Assembly (NCBI RefSeq): GCF_006345805.1
Contig: NC_043015.1
Span: 10,850,001-10,914,000, forward strand
Direction: 5' to 3'
From: Octopus sinensis
Lineage: Eukaryota
Length of the DNA: 64,000 nucleotides
Shown: positions 1 to 12,663 of the stretch, piece after piece
Layout of the letters: every line of letters begins with the position of its first letter
How positions within the stretch are numbered: position 1 is the first letter of the stretch
The notes under the pieces: model-generated
Told to the model about the DNA's origin: nothing
The model's database searches: none
Seen by the model: the letters and a program-made list of their open reading frames with translations, nothing else
Position numbers and translations under genes: made by a program

Positions 1-318
1 CGAGGCATTAAATAGAGAGAGATGAATTATAATTTCAACAATTGAGGGTAAAATTAATTAATTATTAATCAATTTCACCAAGTATTCAGTATGCAAAGGG
101 ACCATTTAAGGCGAATTCAAAATATTACATTATATAAAAGGGCTTAGTAAAATAAATTACTTTGCCGCATACTGAACTCATTAGAAATAGTAGCTAGAAA
201 AACTTTTTTAAAACTATTTCTAATACTTAAAGAAAACCTCTCTCATATAGTGTTTGCTCAATTCAACTCACGAAAGTATGGGGGTAAAGACATTAAAAAA
301 TCAAATGCAAAGGTTATT

Positions 319-370
319 TGAGAACGTACGTTTCAAGATTAGTCAACTCGACATTTCTATCATCAGCTCA
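319..370 (-). ncRNA. Type I hammerhead ribozyme motif (inverted copy of 857-908)
   Basis: Reverse complement of 857-908, core intact. Confidence 0.75.
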
Positions 371-856
371 GAACTCCTTGGTTTGGATTTGAAAACACTG
401 AAAGTGGGAGCATACCCTTTCGGCTTCTTATCGCTTCTGAAGATCTGCTCGAAACTAACAGTGCCAGCAAACTCAAATATGCAAGCGAAGAATTTCTGCT
501 CTCCCCTTTCCACCAGCGTGGGTTAAAATCAGCAAACACTATGCTTTTTCCGGTCCCTTAAATGGTCCCTTTGCATACTGAATACTTGGTGAAATTGATT
601 AATAATTAATTAAGTTTACCCTCAATTGTTGAAATTATAATTCATCTCTCTCTATTTAATGCCTCGGATTTTACCGAAAAAAGCATAGTGTTTGCTGATT
701 TTAACCCACGCTGGTGGAAAGGGGAGAGCAGAAATTCTCCGCTTGCATATTTGAGTTTGCTGGCACTGTTAGTTTCGAGCAGATCTTCAGAAGCGATAAG
801 AAGCCGAAAGGGTATGCTCCCACGTTCAGTGTTTTCAAATCCAAACCAAGGAGTTC

Positions 857-908
857 TGAGCTGATGATAGAAATGTCGAGTTGACTAATCTTGAAACGTA
901 CGTTCTCA
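857..908 (+). ncRNA. Type I hammerhead ribozyme motif
   Basis: tgag CTGATGA t-aga-aat-gtc-gagtt-gac-taa-tct-t GAAAC gtac GTT ctca. Stem I tgag/ctca, palindromic stem III AACGTACGTT, predicted cut after GUU at 904. Confidence 0.75.
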
Positions 909-1810
909 AATAACCTTTGCATTTGATTTTTTAATGTCTTTACCCCCATACTTTCGTGAGTTGAATTGAGCAAACACTATATGAGAGAGGTTTTCTTTAA
1001 GTATTAGAAATAGTTTTAAAAAAGTTTTTTAGCTACTATTTCTAATGAGTTCAGTATGCGGCAAAGTAATTTGTTTTACTAAGGCCTTTTATATAATGTA
1101 ATAATTTGAATTCGCCTTAAATGGTCCCTTTGCATACTGAACACTTGGTGAAATTGATTAATAATTAATTAATTTTACCCTCAATTGTTGAAATTATATA
1201 TATATATATATATATTCCTCTCGTTGCTTCAATACTGATATATAAAGAATCAGATCAATATTATGCAGTAACACCTAATTTTATAGAAAAATCTCGTCGG
1301 GCAATTAGAAATGTCCTGTAAACGCATTTCCACCCGTAGGACAGACGAATAGAAGAAATGAAAAACAAAAACGCCAACAATATCAGTAGGACCACACGCA
1401 CACATTTTCTGGTATAGACACATCCACTGATCTGTAATTACACAATAGTCTGCATACATACCCGGTATAACAACACATGTCGCTCTTTAGATGTGACTAG
1501 TTCTATATGACAACGCATGAAATAACTGGGTTTGAAAGCACTTTCTACCTGTTAAGTGTCTTTTACCATAATACATTTCAAGTATTTTGACAATGTTTGC
1601 CCTGGCATTTCAGATCTCCTGGATCTGCATTCTTTGAAATACCCAAATCATATTTTATTCCTATCAGCAGTTGTTTTCATTTTGCTCTAATATCCGTGGA
1701 CGTCTCCGAGATAAAGTCAAAGTCATCATTTTTTTTTCAAACAACTTGACCACTTATTCTGTTTCTTTTACTGGCCCAAATATTTCATCCTGCGTCTTCA
1801 ATCTATGCAT

Positions 1811-2238
1811 ACTCTCTTTACTCTTTTACTCTTTTACTCTTTTACTTGTTTCAGTCATTTGACTGCGGCCATGCTGGAGCACCGCCTTTAGTCGATCAAA
1901 TTGACCCCGGAACTTATTCTTTTTAAGTCCAGTACTTATTCTATCGGTCTGTTTTGCCGAACCGCTAAGTGGCGGGGACGTAAACACACCAGCATCGGTT
2001 GTCAAGCAATGCTAGGGGAACAAACACAGACACACAAACACACACACACACATATATATATATACATATATACGACAGGCTTCTTTCAGTTTCCGTCTAC
2101 CAAATCCACTCACAAAGCATTGGTCGGCCCGGGGCTATAGCAGAAGACACTTGCCCAAGATGCCACGCAGTGGGACTGAACCCGCAACCATGTGGTTGGT
2201 TAGCAAGCTACTTACCACACAGCCACTCCTGCGCCTAT
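1811..2238 (-). mobile_element. tRNA-derived octopus-type SINE, full length
   Basis: On - strand: head AGGCGCAGGAGTGGCTGTGTGG (A box) ... GGTTCAGTCCC (B box), internal (TA)/(CA) tract, tail GGCGGTGCTCCAGCATGGCCGCAG and GTAAAAGA repeats. Near-identical to 26466-26870 and 53598-54054. Confidence 0.9.
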
Positions 2239-4196
2239 TATCCACATGTTATCTACATTACACATTTCGTACTAAATTCGACCTGAAAGAAAGCGTTGTC
2301 TCTTTCTTTGTATTTACGGCCATTTATGTATCTCACATATCTCACCTGGGCATCATCAACAATGAATTCTAGTTATTCTAACTTAAAATCCTCGCCTCCG
2401 GATGAAATCTTACTTTGTTTTCTGGATCCATGAATCTTCCGCCCACAGGGAAATATATGATTGCTTTCAGAAATATGAAAGATCAGAACAGTCTGAACTT
2501 ACATTTACGCGTATCGCGTCTATAATATAAAATTCTCCCAATATTTGTATTTTCAATTCCTTCTTTCTTCGCGTATTTTTTCGCAAGCTGTTTACATTTA
2601 GTGTTTAATTTGGAACCTCCATGGCGTGGAAATAGCGTAGGTTCTGGCTAAAACCAACATTTTCAAGCAAAAAGTAGAACTGTAAACCTGTAAATATATG
2701 TAATTAACTTTCACAAAAAGAGGAAGCCTAGAATAGTGCCATGTACGTGCGCTAAAGGATTTTAATAAAACCGGTAATTTGTTAGTGTAAACATATTAGT
2801 AGAATGACCATCCTCAAATACAAAATATTTCTACATGTATTTGTACATTTCAGAGTATATATTTCCATATACTTCTCATACACCTCTTTCTTTCGCATAA
2901 GTCTATCGCTGAATCTCTGCACAGTACTTGTGCTTAACACTCTCGTCCTCCTCTTACTCTCTTTCCTTTCCCTCTCTCTCTGTCTCTCTCTGTCTCTCTC
3001 TCTCTTGCTCTCTGTGTTAGCTTTCTATTTGCACGTACCGCTATTTATTTATATTTCTCAAGACTCGCAGAAGTGTAATTTATGTATAGACGCTGATGAT
3101 TATCTGCGTCAAGAGAAATTTATATAAATAATTTTAATTAATTTTAATCACAAATTCAAATTTCGTGGATATGTGTCCAAATGTTAATCTGAAGGAATTT
3201 GCAATGTTATGTTTACCTTTTCTTGCAAATGTCTGTTCACTACTATTGCTACGGAATATGACGGCTTGGTACGTGCATACATTTTGATCTAGTAAACAAC
3301 TATAATTAATTCCAATATAATTAATTTCATTAAATCTGCAAAGTTTATTGACCCTTGCAGAAAAAAAAAATCATCATTATGGTTAAAATGAAATACTTCA
3401 TGCGTCTGAATCGATGTCAAGAGGAATTGACTTGCGATGAAAGACAATCTACGCCAAACAGTTTTCACACAGGTGAAGAACGTTATCCTATTTAATGAAA
3501 CTGAGTATCAAAATAGGAAGTCTTCTGTAAGTTGGAGGGAATTAAATTCAACCCAGATGATTATTCTCGCGCTTGCCATTTCTTCGCATGTATGCAATAC
3601 ATACATGATTGTTGTATTATTATTTTTGTTCAATATATTGCTGAAAGACATCAAATATATAATCAGAAGATACTGATGGGCAATATTTGCTCTAAGTGAA
3701 TTCGAGACAATTGAGGTACCTGGTTTCAGGAAGAGTAGCATCTCATCTGGAACGTGGATTTCTGATTTCATGACAATTATGAAAATCTCGTGATCCACAA
3801 ATTGCTGCTCGCTTAGACAATCCCCAATTGTTTTACTTTATTAAAGTCACAACTTCAGAGCAAGCACAAAGACTAAGATATGTTCAATGACGTAACGTGA
3901 CTTGCCAGTATGACTCCTTTGTAGAATCATTATTGTGCCATCATTTTCTATCCTACTGTACAAACGAAAGGAATAAGTAATTGCAGAGAGCTACACTGAC
4001 ATACGTATTTTTAAACATGTTCGTTTGGAGAATATATAATATATACGCCAGACAATACGAATAATTCTAATCTTCCACCTACATACGTTGCGTGGCTCAA
4101 GTTCAATTCTTTTTCAGTCTTGGTTGAAGCATTGTAAATCCCTTGGCGACGATTTCAAATTTAATGCTGAAAAATATATACCAGTATCACAATGCA

Positions 4197-4400
4197 AGAG
4201 CGTGGCTTAATGGAGAGGGTGTTGGATCCATGATCGTAAGACTATCGTTTCGATTCCTGGACCGGGAAATACGTTGTGTTCTTGCTCCAGTCCACTGTGC
4301 TTGCAAAAAAGAGTAAACCTCCGACAGACGGGAGTCCTGTCTAGGTGAGAAATATATATGCTATGAGGCCTGTTATCGGCCCTTATGAGTCTGAATGACT
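4197..4400 (+). mobile_element. Degenerate tRNA-headed SINE (second family)
   Basis: GAGCGTGGCTTAATGG (A-box-like) ... GTTTCGATTCC (B-box-like), followed by a GTTGTGTTCTTG core-like segment. Confidence 0.5.
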
Positions 4401-4749
4401 TGACAAAATAACATTACCATTACATTTTAGATAAAATATACTATTAAAATTTACAATGCAGCCTTCTGAATAAGCCCACTGATTTAACTGTCCATATACT
4501 CCTAATAACTTAAATGTACTTTGGCCGATAGATACAGTACAAAAGTTTGGGAAAATATATCATATAACCTCAACATATTAGTGGCATGAATGGATACGAG
4601 TACCTCCAAGTACACAGCAAGATGGCATTCGTTTATGTATGTTTTGGCAGAATATGGCGTTCTTGATCACGTATTTTGCCACAAAATCAATCCACATAAG
4701 TATACAGGGCTAACGTCGTTGTTTCGTGTTTACTTTATGTATTAGTAAT

Positions 4750-5020
4750 AACGCTCCTGGAGGAGATACTGCACTTTCTTCTTGTAACTTCTCCTGGATT
4801 TAGAGGTGAATGATCAAATATAGTTAATAATCCAGACACTAGACATGTTCTTAAGTGATATCCGATAAGTATTTTAGATGAATCCATAACAGTTAACATT
4901 AGAGGTTTAGCTGCTCTGGATAACATATTGCGGGACTTTGATGAAAATCTCATTAGCAAACATTGACGGGCAAGGTATTTTCAGATTACATTCTATCACA
5001 ACCTGCGGATTTTTCCAAAC
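4750..5020 (-). mobile_element. Highly decayed LINE reverse-transcriptase fragment (RTE-like)
   Basis: Minus-strand remnants GKSAGCD and YRISL.N resemble the GKA.G.D and NYRPISLLN RT motifs. Many stops and frameshifts. Confidence 0.3.
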
Positions 5021-5853
5021 GAACAAAACAAATACAGGTTTACCTTAAATTATCGTGGATTTGTGCAAACTTCAGTATCCACCTTAGCGGAGATGAGCTG
5101 GATGGTATTTTGAAAATTGCTTTTTAGAATTGGTAACAGCAGCAATGGCACAATAATTCATGAGAGTGTTTTCTCAAACCAAAGTATCATTATATATATA
5201 CATATACACATACATACACACTGCCAATGCATCCCGGTGTATTACTTGCTCCTTTCTTATGAGCAGACTCAGCACAGCTGATATATAGCGAACTGGATTA
5301 CAGGTGTAATGATAGAAGTTATTGTTTGTTCAAAAGTGAAGGGGTTAGGCACAATTTACATGGGTCTGCATGGAATCGCTTTCTGTCCTTAATAAGGATC
5401 ACAAACACGTTTTCAAAACATAGATGTCCCACCCCGTCCATATCACAATTTCTTAATTTGTAACATTTTACGAATTTCTTTTTATCCATACATATACGAA
5501 TGTGGGAAATATATTTTTTCTTTTCAAAGTTTAAATTTTCTTAAAAGACTCAATGCCCCACCCCCATCTCGCACACACTTCACCTACCTGTTTTCAAAAA
5601 GCTAAAAACACCCAATGTTTCGCTTCCATCTGATGCTACACGCTTGCGTAAAACTGAACTGAAATAGCAGACATTAAAAAATATTAGAGCACCACCAGGT
5701 AACTCGACTTGCTAGAAACAACAGGTAAATCATAAAAAAAATCAAGTAATATTAAGTTTACAAGACTGAAAACAAATATCAACAAATAGCCACGTGACTG
5801 GAAACCACATTTCCCCCGCTGAATTCTATGCTATCAATCTAACATCTTCGCTG

Positions 5854-5884
<31 letters not shown>

Positions 5885-5989
5885 TATATATAATATATAT
5901 ATATATACATAGCTTAGAAACTTTCGAGCAAATATTGGTAGAGTCTATGTCAAACGTAATAGCACCACCACACACACACACACACACAC

Positions 5990-6104
<115 letters not shown>

Positions 6105-7228
6105 GATAGTTAACGTATATTTACCTGCACATTCATACATAATTTCTAGTATACTTTACTTGATAAAGATTCATCTATATATTGATATAAGATCATTTTC
6201 TCTGATTCTATAAAGTAAATAGCTAAACTAAGACCTTGAGACATCAGTTCACTAGTGTATATTCGGATTCGGAAGTATTACGATTGTAGACTTGAAGCCT
6301 ACTAATAAATGGGTTTTAAAAAAGCAACAGAATAAAAAAAATAACGTCACAAATTATATAAGGTAACCAATCTATGCTTCGAAATCATATAAGTCTCTGC
6401 TCATTAGTGTGCTAAAGAATACGCATGAAGTTAGCCTCACGTTACTAAGATAATAAATTTTCCCAGCAAAATATCTGATCTTTACAACGTCTCGTTAACG
6501 ATGATGCTACTCTGCAAAACATACTTTCAATGACATCTTTCGTTCTGCGATAATGAAGGATAATCCTCGAAAAGGAAATATTTAAACGAAATTAAGTAAC
6601 GTTTGGTGACCAGTTTTCTTTTCATATATTTTTTCATTTTTCTTCCTCCATTTTCATAGTCTTCTATATTTTGTCTTTATTTATATTCGTTTCTACTGTT
6701 TCTTTTGTTTTCGTTTTCATTGCTCACAGTAATAATATATAGGAGAATACTATAATGGCTCTTATGTGTTAATATGTATCAAAAGTCGCTGGTAACTCTA
6801 TAGAATCGCGTCAATTACTGGCAGAGGATACAGAATGTCATACTTCTTTAATTGCACTGGGCGTTCTAGAATTCCTTAATGAACAAACATTATCATTGCT
6901 AAGAAAAGAAAGTAAAAATATGATATTCATAGCAATAATGATGTGAAGTTGCTGTAATGCGTTTTAGCACGCAATATTTTACTATTTATCCATATTCAAT
7001 GATTCAAATTCAACATGCAATTTACATGACTGAATGAATGAATGCCTTAAAATGACACCCACATGTTCGATGATTTAATGTTCTTCGTTGAACATTGATT
7101 TCAATTCTCTCTTTCGCTCTTTCTCGCTTGCAACACCATATATGTATGATACAAATGTACGTTTGTATATATATGCTTGTGTGTGTGTGGTGTGTGTTTG
7201 TATATATGATTGTATATATGTGTCTGTA

Positions 7229-7266
<38 letters not shown>

Positions 7267-7314
7267 TATATATATATATATATATATACAATATGTTACA
7301 TTACTCGGTAGTCA

Positions 7315-7377
7315 AGATAAAACTCTGAGTTTCAGATGCCGAAGTGGAAATCCACAACACCATCTCTTCGGTTATCT
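7315..7377 (-). ncRNA. Type I hammerhead motif, CCGAAGA (U4C) variant, inverted copy
   Basis: Reverse complement of 7406-7468. Confidence 0.6.
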
Positions 7378-7405
7378 GGCTATTTGAAAACGTTATCAAA
7401 TAGCC

Positions 7406-7468
7406 AGATAACCGAAGAGATGGTGTTGTGGATTTCCACTTCGGCATCTGAAACTCAGAGTTTTATCT
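7406..7468 (+). ncRNA. Type I hammerhead motif, CCGAAGA (U4C) variant
   Basis: agataa CCGAAGA gatg...catc t GAAAC tcaga GTT ttatct. 6-bp stem I, stem III ACTC/GAGT. Confidence 0.65.
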
Positions 7469-7725
7469 GACTACCGAGTAATGTAACATATTGTATAGAT
7501 AAATTTCCTCTATTTACATAATATTGAGGTCTCTTTCTTTCTTTTGTTATCTTACCGTTTTATCAATAAATCACCTCCCGAACGACGTTATTCTCAACTA
7601 AGAGCTAATACGACCTTTTTGGGATTATCGCCTAACATCGGTTGAGGACTCTCACAAACAAAAGAATCTAATATGGACGCATATCACATAGATTATTCTA
7701 TGAAAGATAACGTTTTCAAATAGCC

Positions 7726-7788
7726 AGATAACCGAAGAGACGGTGTTGTGGATTTCCACTTCGGCATCTGAAACTCAGAGTTTTATCT
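7726..7788 (+). ncRNA. Type I hammerhead motif, CCGAAGA variant, second tandem copy
   Basis: Same as 7406-7468, 320 nt downstream, with one substitution in stem II. Confidence 0.6.
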
Positions 7789-7912
7789 TGACTACCGAGT
7801 AATGTAACATATTGTATAGATAAATTTCCTCTATTTACATAATATTGAGGTCTCTTTCTTTCTTTTGTATCTTACCGTTTTATCAATATATATATATATT
7901 ATATATATATAT

Positions 7913-7994
<82 letters not shown>

Positions 7995-8717
7995 TTATAT
8001 AACACAATATTATTGCTAAATACATTTGCCATTCGGTCACCACTTTATACTTTTCTATCATTCAGACAATGACACTTTACAAATACCAATAGTAATGTAT
8101 AATAATATAAGCCGTTATGTCCTATGAACATAGCGTTGTACACTTGTTTCTAATGTACGTTTTGTTGCGTCTTTATACCCAGGTGAGTCTTGATCCAACA
8201 GACTTGTATTCAAATACGTTTTCAGATGTCTTTCCTTTTATCTAACTGGTAGGTGTGATTTTAGAGATATCATTATGTTATTTCTGAAATAACAATATTT
8301 AAACCCGTAGAATTTTAACAATAGCATCGCACAAAATAAAGTTAACAATTTCACCAGTCTTATGTTTTGAGTTCAAATTTCACCGAAGTCGACTTGGTGT
8401 TGTTTTTTGCGGTTCGGCGTCGATGAGGTAAATACTAAATCAGCACTGAGAACGATGTAATCGATTAATCCTTCCCACGAAGATTACTAGCCCTGTGCCT
8501 GTAGTTGAAGGAATTATTTCAATTTGTTGTTGATACTGTTTATTTGTTATTGTGAGACATAACAATTGATTAAATCAGGCTTACTCCTTTACTGACATCC
8601 ACTTTAACTGATATTCATCAATGATATCTAATATCGAAAAAGAAAATGAAATACAAATAATAATAAGTGTACTTTGTCATTTTGCTATCTAAAAGTTTCT
8701 AATTTAGATTAATTTAG

Positions 8718-9082
8718 ATTCCAGGCATTGGAAACATTCCAGACATTCCAGATATAATATTCAAGACATTCCAGACATCCCAGGCGTTCCAGACATTACA
8801 GATATTCCATGTATTCCGAACATTCCACAAATTTCACACATTCCAGACATTTCCGACATTCCGGGCATTGCAAACATTCCAGATATTCCGGATATTCCAA
8901 ACACACCAGACATGCCACAATGTCTGGAATGTCATGTCTAGGATGTCTGGAATATCTGGAATACCTGGAATGTCGGAATGTCTGAAATATGTGGAATGTC
9001 TGGAATGCCTGTAATGTCTAGAATGTCTCGAACGTCATGTCTGGAATGACTGGAATATCTGGAATGTCTAGAATGTCTGGAA
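8718..9082. repeat. 9-bp minisatellite (CATTCCAGA)n that flips to (TCTGGAATG)n at ~8919
   Basis: Direct reading of degenerate 9-mers and their reverse complement. Confidence 0.9.
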
Positions 9083-9084
9083 TC

Positions 9085-9423
9085 ACGTTAAATGACATTA
9101 AATGACGTTAAGTGATGTTATATGATGTGACGTTAGATAACGTTATATGACGTCCAATGAAGTTACATGACGTGACATTAAATGACCTTATATGAATTGG
9201 CGTTAAAGGCGCTAAATAACGCCCAACGACGTTACATGACGTGGCGTTAAATGACGTTAAATAACGTTTAGGAGTTAACGCTATATGGCATGACGTTAAA
9301 TTACGTTAAATGGCGTGTCGTGACCTGACGTGAAATGACGTTGGATGGCGTAACGTTAAATGACGTTAAATGCCGTTAAGTGAGGTTAAATTTCGTTAAA
9401 TGCCGTGACGTTAAATGACTTAA
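9085..9423. repeat. Degenerate 10-bp minisatellite (GACGTTAAAT)n with interspersed 5-bp GACGT/GGCGT units
   Basis: Direct reading. Confidence 0.9.
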
Positions 9424-9699
9424 AATCTAAAGACCTAATATATGGTGGGTTGGGAAAGATTGGATCTACAAAATATCAATAAAAATATAAACCGTGAATC
9501 GATTGTCTTCCCTTGAAAAGAATATTCACCCTCTCTTAGTAAACTTTCCTCCTCTCTTACAACAAATGCAACAGTCTCCAGTTAAAAAGTTTCTCAAATA
9601 TTGATTTTATTTGCCACAGATATTTCGTGAGAGTACAACAGGGGAAGAAATTATTAGGACCGTGGCACGTTTACAAATCCCATCACTCTGTATTCACGG

Positions 9700-10255
9700 A
9701 ATATATTATGAAAAACTAATAATCATGGAATAAATTTGTATTACGATAATGGTAATAGATGTTCCAAAGGATTGCCTACCACGAGACGATGAAAGAAGTC
9801 AACAGATCACGTGCGTCTCCCTAGATATTTTCTCTACTTCAGCAAACCAGCGAGGCAAGGGAAAGCTTCCTGCTTTTCTAAGTCAATTTTATGATGATGA
9901 ATCGATGGGTTTTATAAATTTTGCTTTCTGATGGAACTTCTTTAACCGCTACAATAGGTATTTGATATAACCCCACAAGTCAGTAATATTTGAACAATGA
10001 ATGAGAGCGTGGAGAAAGGTAGATCGATTTTAAGTGACCCTGGATAGGCTTCGTTGACGGTGCTGTCATGCTTCTAGAGTTTAATCCAATCGTGCAGTAT
10101 CCACTATTGGAGATCAAACAGCATTGGAATGTATGGAAATCTTCTATAAATAAGATCTGACTGTACTCTGGAGCGGGAACCTCTTCTTCATCTTTGTGGA
10201 GATCTAGACTGTCCCCTAGATTGTCGTCATTTCTGAATGCACTGAGATACGGCTG
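9700..10255 (-). mobile_element. Decayed L1/Tx1-type LINE ORF2 C-terminal fragment
   Basis: Minus-strand peptide LHALIHCSNITDLWGYIKYLL resembles the H...C....W zinc-binding end of L1/Tx1 ORF2. Confidence 0.45.
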
Positions 10256-10259
10256 ACTA

Positions 10260-10516
10260 GAAGAAGAAGAAGAAGAAGAAGAAGAAGAAGAAGAAGATGA
10301 TGATGATGATGATGATGAAGAAGAAGAAGAAGAAGAAGAAGAAGAAGATGGTGATGATGATGATGATGATGAAGAAGAAGAAGAAGAAGATGATGATGAT
10401 GATGAAGATGAAGAAGAAGAAGAAGAAGGATATGGTGATGATGATGAAGAAGAAGAAGAAGATGATGATGATGATGATGATGATGATGAAGAAGAAGAAG
10501 AAGAAGAAGAAGAAAA

Positions 10517-10547
<31 letters not shown>

Positions 10548-10635
10548 AAGAAGAAGAAGAAGAAGAAGAAGAAGAAGAAGGAGAAAAAGAAGGAGAAGAA
10601 GGAAAAGAGAAGAAGATGAAGAAGAAAAAGAAGAG
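10260..10635. repeat. Compound (GAA)n/(GAT)n trinucleotide microsatellite
   Basis: Direct reading. Confidence 0.95.
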
Positions 10636-10639
10636 TTAT

Positions 10640-11655
10640 AATGAGTTATTAAGTGTTATAACTCTGGCAAGCTATGCAGATGATACGAAAGTCTCACAGA
10701 AAATACAGAACCCCAGCGATGTTGAACACCTGCAGCAGGAGTTGGACTCAATTTACAGATGGGCTGAGGATAATAATATGCAGTTTAATGCTGAAAAATT
10801 CCAGGCCCTGCGCTACCAGTATCCAAAATTGAATATTAAACCTACAGGGTACACCGGTCCACAGGGAATTTCAATCCCAGAGCCTAAGTCTGTGAGGGAC
10901 CTGGGTATCGACATGAGTGATGATACCTCTTTCCAAGTGCATATTGCCAGGATGGCGACAAAGTGCAGACGACTGGCTGGATGGACCTAAGAACATTCAG
11001 AACCAGAGATAAGGAAACCGTGATGGTCCTCTGGCGGACATTCGTCCTCAGACGCCTGGATTACTGCTCACAGCTATGGTCACCCACCAGTGTGAGATTA
11101 ACAGCGGACCTTGAAGCAATCCAGAGAAGATTCACAAAGGAGATCGTCTCTTTGCAACAGCTCAGCTACTGAGAAAGGTTGAAACAGCTAAGACTATATT
11201 CCCTGAAGAGAAGACGGGAGAGGTATGCAGTAATATATATCTGGAAGATCCTGGAAGGAATTGTGCCAAATTTTGGCATTGAAAGCTACTCCAATGCTAG
11301 ATCGGGACGACACTGCACAGTGCCAAAGATCTCAGCAATGCCATCACGCTTCAGGACCAGCTTCTGCAAAAGCCTGGGTTTCAAGGGCCCACAGCTTTTA
11401 AATATTCTCCCAAAAAGTCTGAGGAACTTGCACAAAGTAGATGTAACGGTTTTTAAATCAAAGCTGGACATCTTCCTGTCGAGAGTCCCAGATGAGCCTA
11501 CCTCACGGCAAGAGGTGCAAATGAGGGTAGCTATATCAAACTCCATTCTTCATCAAGTGTCACATATTAGAGGAGGCTCCTAGTAATAAAAGTGTAGCGC
11601 AAAACGGCGGTGCATCAGCATGACCGCAGCACTGGGCTGAAAATTAAAATGTGAA
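10640..11655 (+). mobile_element. 5'-truncated CR1/L2-group LINE: RT C-terminal half plus 3' UTR, with frameshift/stops
   Basis: YADDTK, W...N.MQFNAEKFQ, VRDLGI, LDYCSQLWSP, LE.IQRRFTK, L.LYSL.RRRERY, FKSKLD.FL. Broken into three ORFs. Confidence 0.9.
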
Positions 11656-12274
11656 TAAATGAAGATAGCAGTCTTCTTTTTTATCCAAGACTAATCTATG
11701 AAAATGAAAGTGATGATGACGGTAGTTATACTGAGTTTGAAGCTAATTCAGATCATAAAAAAAATTCAAGAGAATTTTCCAATGCCAATTTCATAGACAC
11801 AGAGAATCTCTCAACATTTCTCTACATTTCTCTAAGGCCGCAGCAATACCGCATTATACGTTAGACATGAAGAATATTTTTTTTCTTTTATTTTTGATTT
11901 CATTTACCCACGAGAATTTAACTATAATATTTGAATCTATCATAAAAATTTTCTAGAAAAATAAAACCCAAACCTTTGCGCAATTTTTCTCATGTCTCGT
12001 GGGTGGCTTTCCTAAATAGATAAAACTACGTAACTTCTCGATCTCCTTCCTATCTGGCAACAATTTTCTATTAGATTTCGTCATGTAGGAATATACATAA
12101 AATATTGATCTGCAAAACGAGGTAAAAAGATATATTTTGATAATACTGTAATAGATGAATGCTTAAAGTAAAGAATGCATAATTGTTGTAATATTTTTCC
12201 TTATATACCTTCGGCCTTGTCTCCTTCGTCATCACCGTCATCATCATGTTGTCTTGCTCATGTCAAAGATCTTC

Positions 12275-12363
12275 TCTTCTTCTTCTTCTTCTTCTTCTTC
12301 TTCTTCTTCTTCTTCTTCTTCTTCTTCTTCTTCTTCTTCTTCTTCTTCTTCTTCTTCTACATC

Positions 12364-12407
<44 letters not shown>

Positions 12408-12565
12408 ATTGTTATTACTAGTATTATTATTATTATTATTATAATTACTATTATCATTATCATTGTTACTATTGTTATTATTATTAGTAGTAGTAGTAGT
12501 AATAGTAGAAGTAGTAGTAGGAGGAGGAGGAGGAGGAGCAGTTGTAGTAGTAGTAGTAGTAGTAA

Positions 12566-12662
<97 letters not shown>
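12275..12662. repeat. Compound (TTC)n-(TTA)n-(GAG)n-(TAG)n microsatellite
   Basis: Direct reading. Confidence 0.95.

Positions 12663-12663
<1 letters not shown>

Larger units (their letters stand above)
1..1197. mobile_element. Fold-back Penelope pLTR/retrozyme-like non-autonomous element (family A): inverted copy 1-552 plus forward partial tandem 556-1197, ending in (TA)n
   Basis: ~27-552 is the near-perfect reverse complement of ~675-1197, and 1-111 is the reverse complement of 556-666. The block CCTTAAATGGTCCC recurs at 556 and 1115 (period ~559). Each long arm has a hammerhead motif. The left side runs off the window. Confidence 0.8.
7287..7887. mobile_element. Retrozyme/pLTR-like element (family B): inverted 5' piece plus ~1.5 head-to-tail copies of a 320-nt unit, between (TA)n tracts
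   Basis: 7287-7396 is the reverse complement of part of the unit. CAAATAGCCAGATAACCGAAGAG occurs at 7397 and 7717 (period 320). Three hammerhead motifs are present. Confidence 0.8.

Noticed and set aside
254-973. Two near-identical 90-aa ORFs on opposite strands
   Set aside because: They are mirror images created by the inverted repeat, start at TTG, lie antisense to the hammerhead strand and show no recognisable domain.
3086-3125. CTGATGA...GAAA hammerhead-like spacing
   Set aside because: No GUH with stem III/stem I pairing, so likely chance. The same applies at ~44107-44150.
8718-9423. Possible CRISPR-like or coding repeat array
   Set aside because: Contiguous 9/10-bp units without unique spacers, a eukaryotic context, and no sustained ORF.
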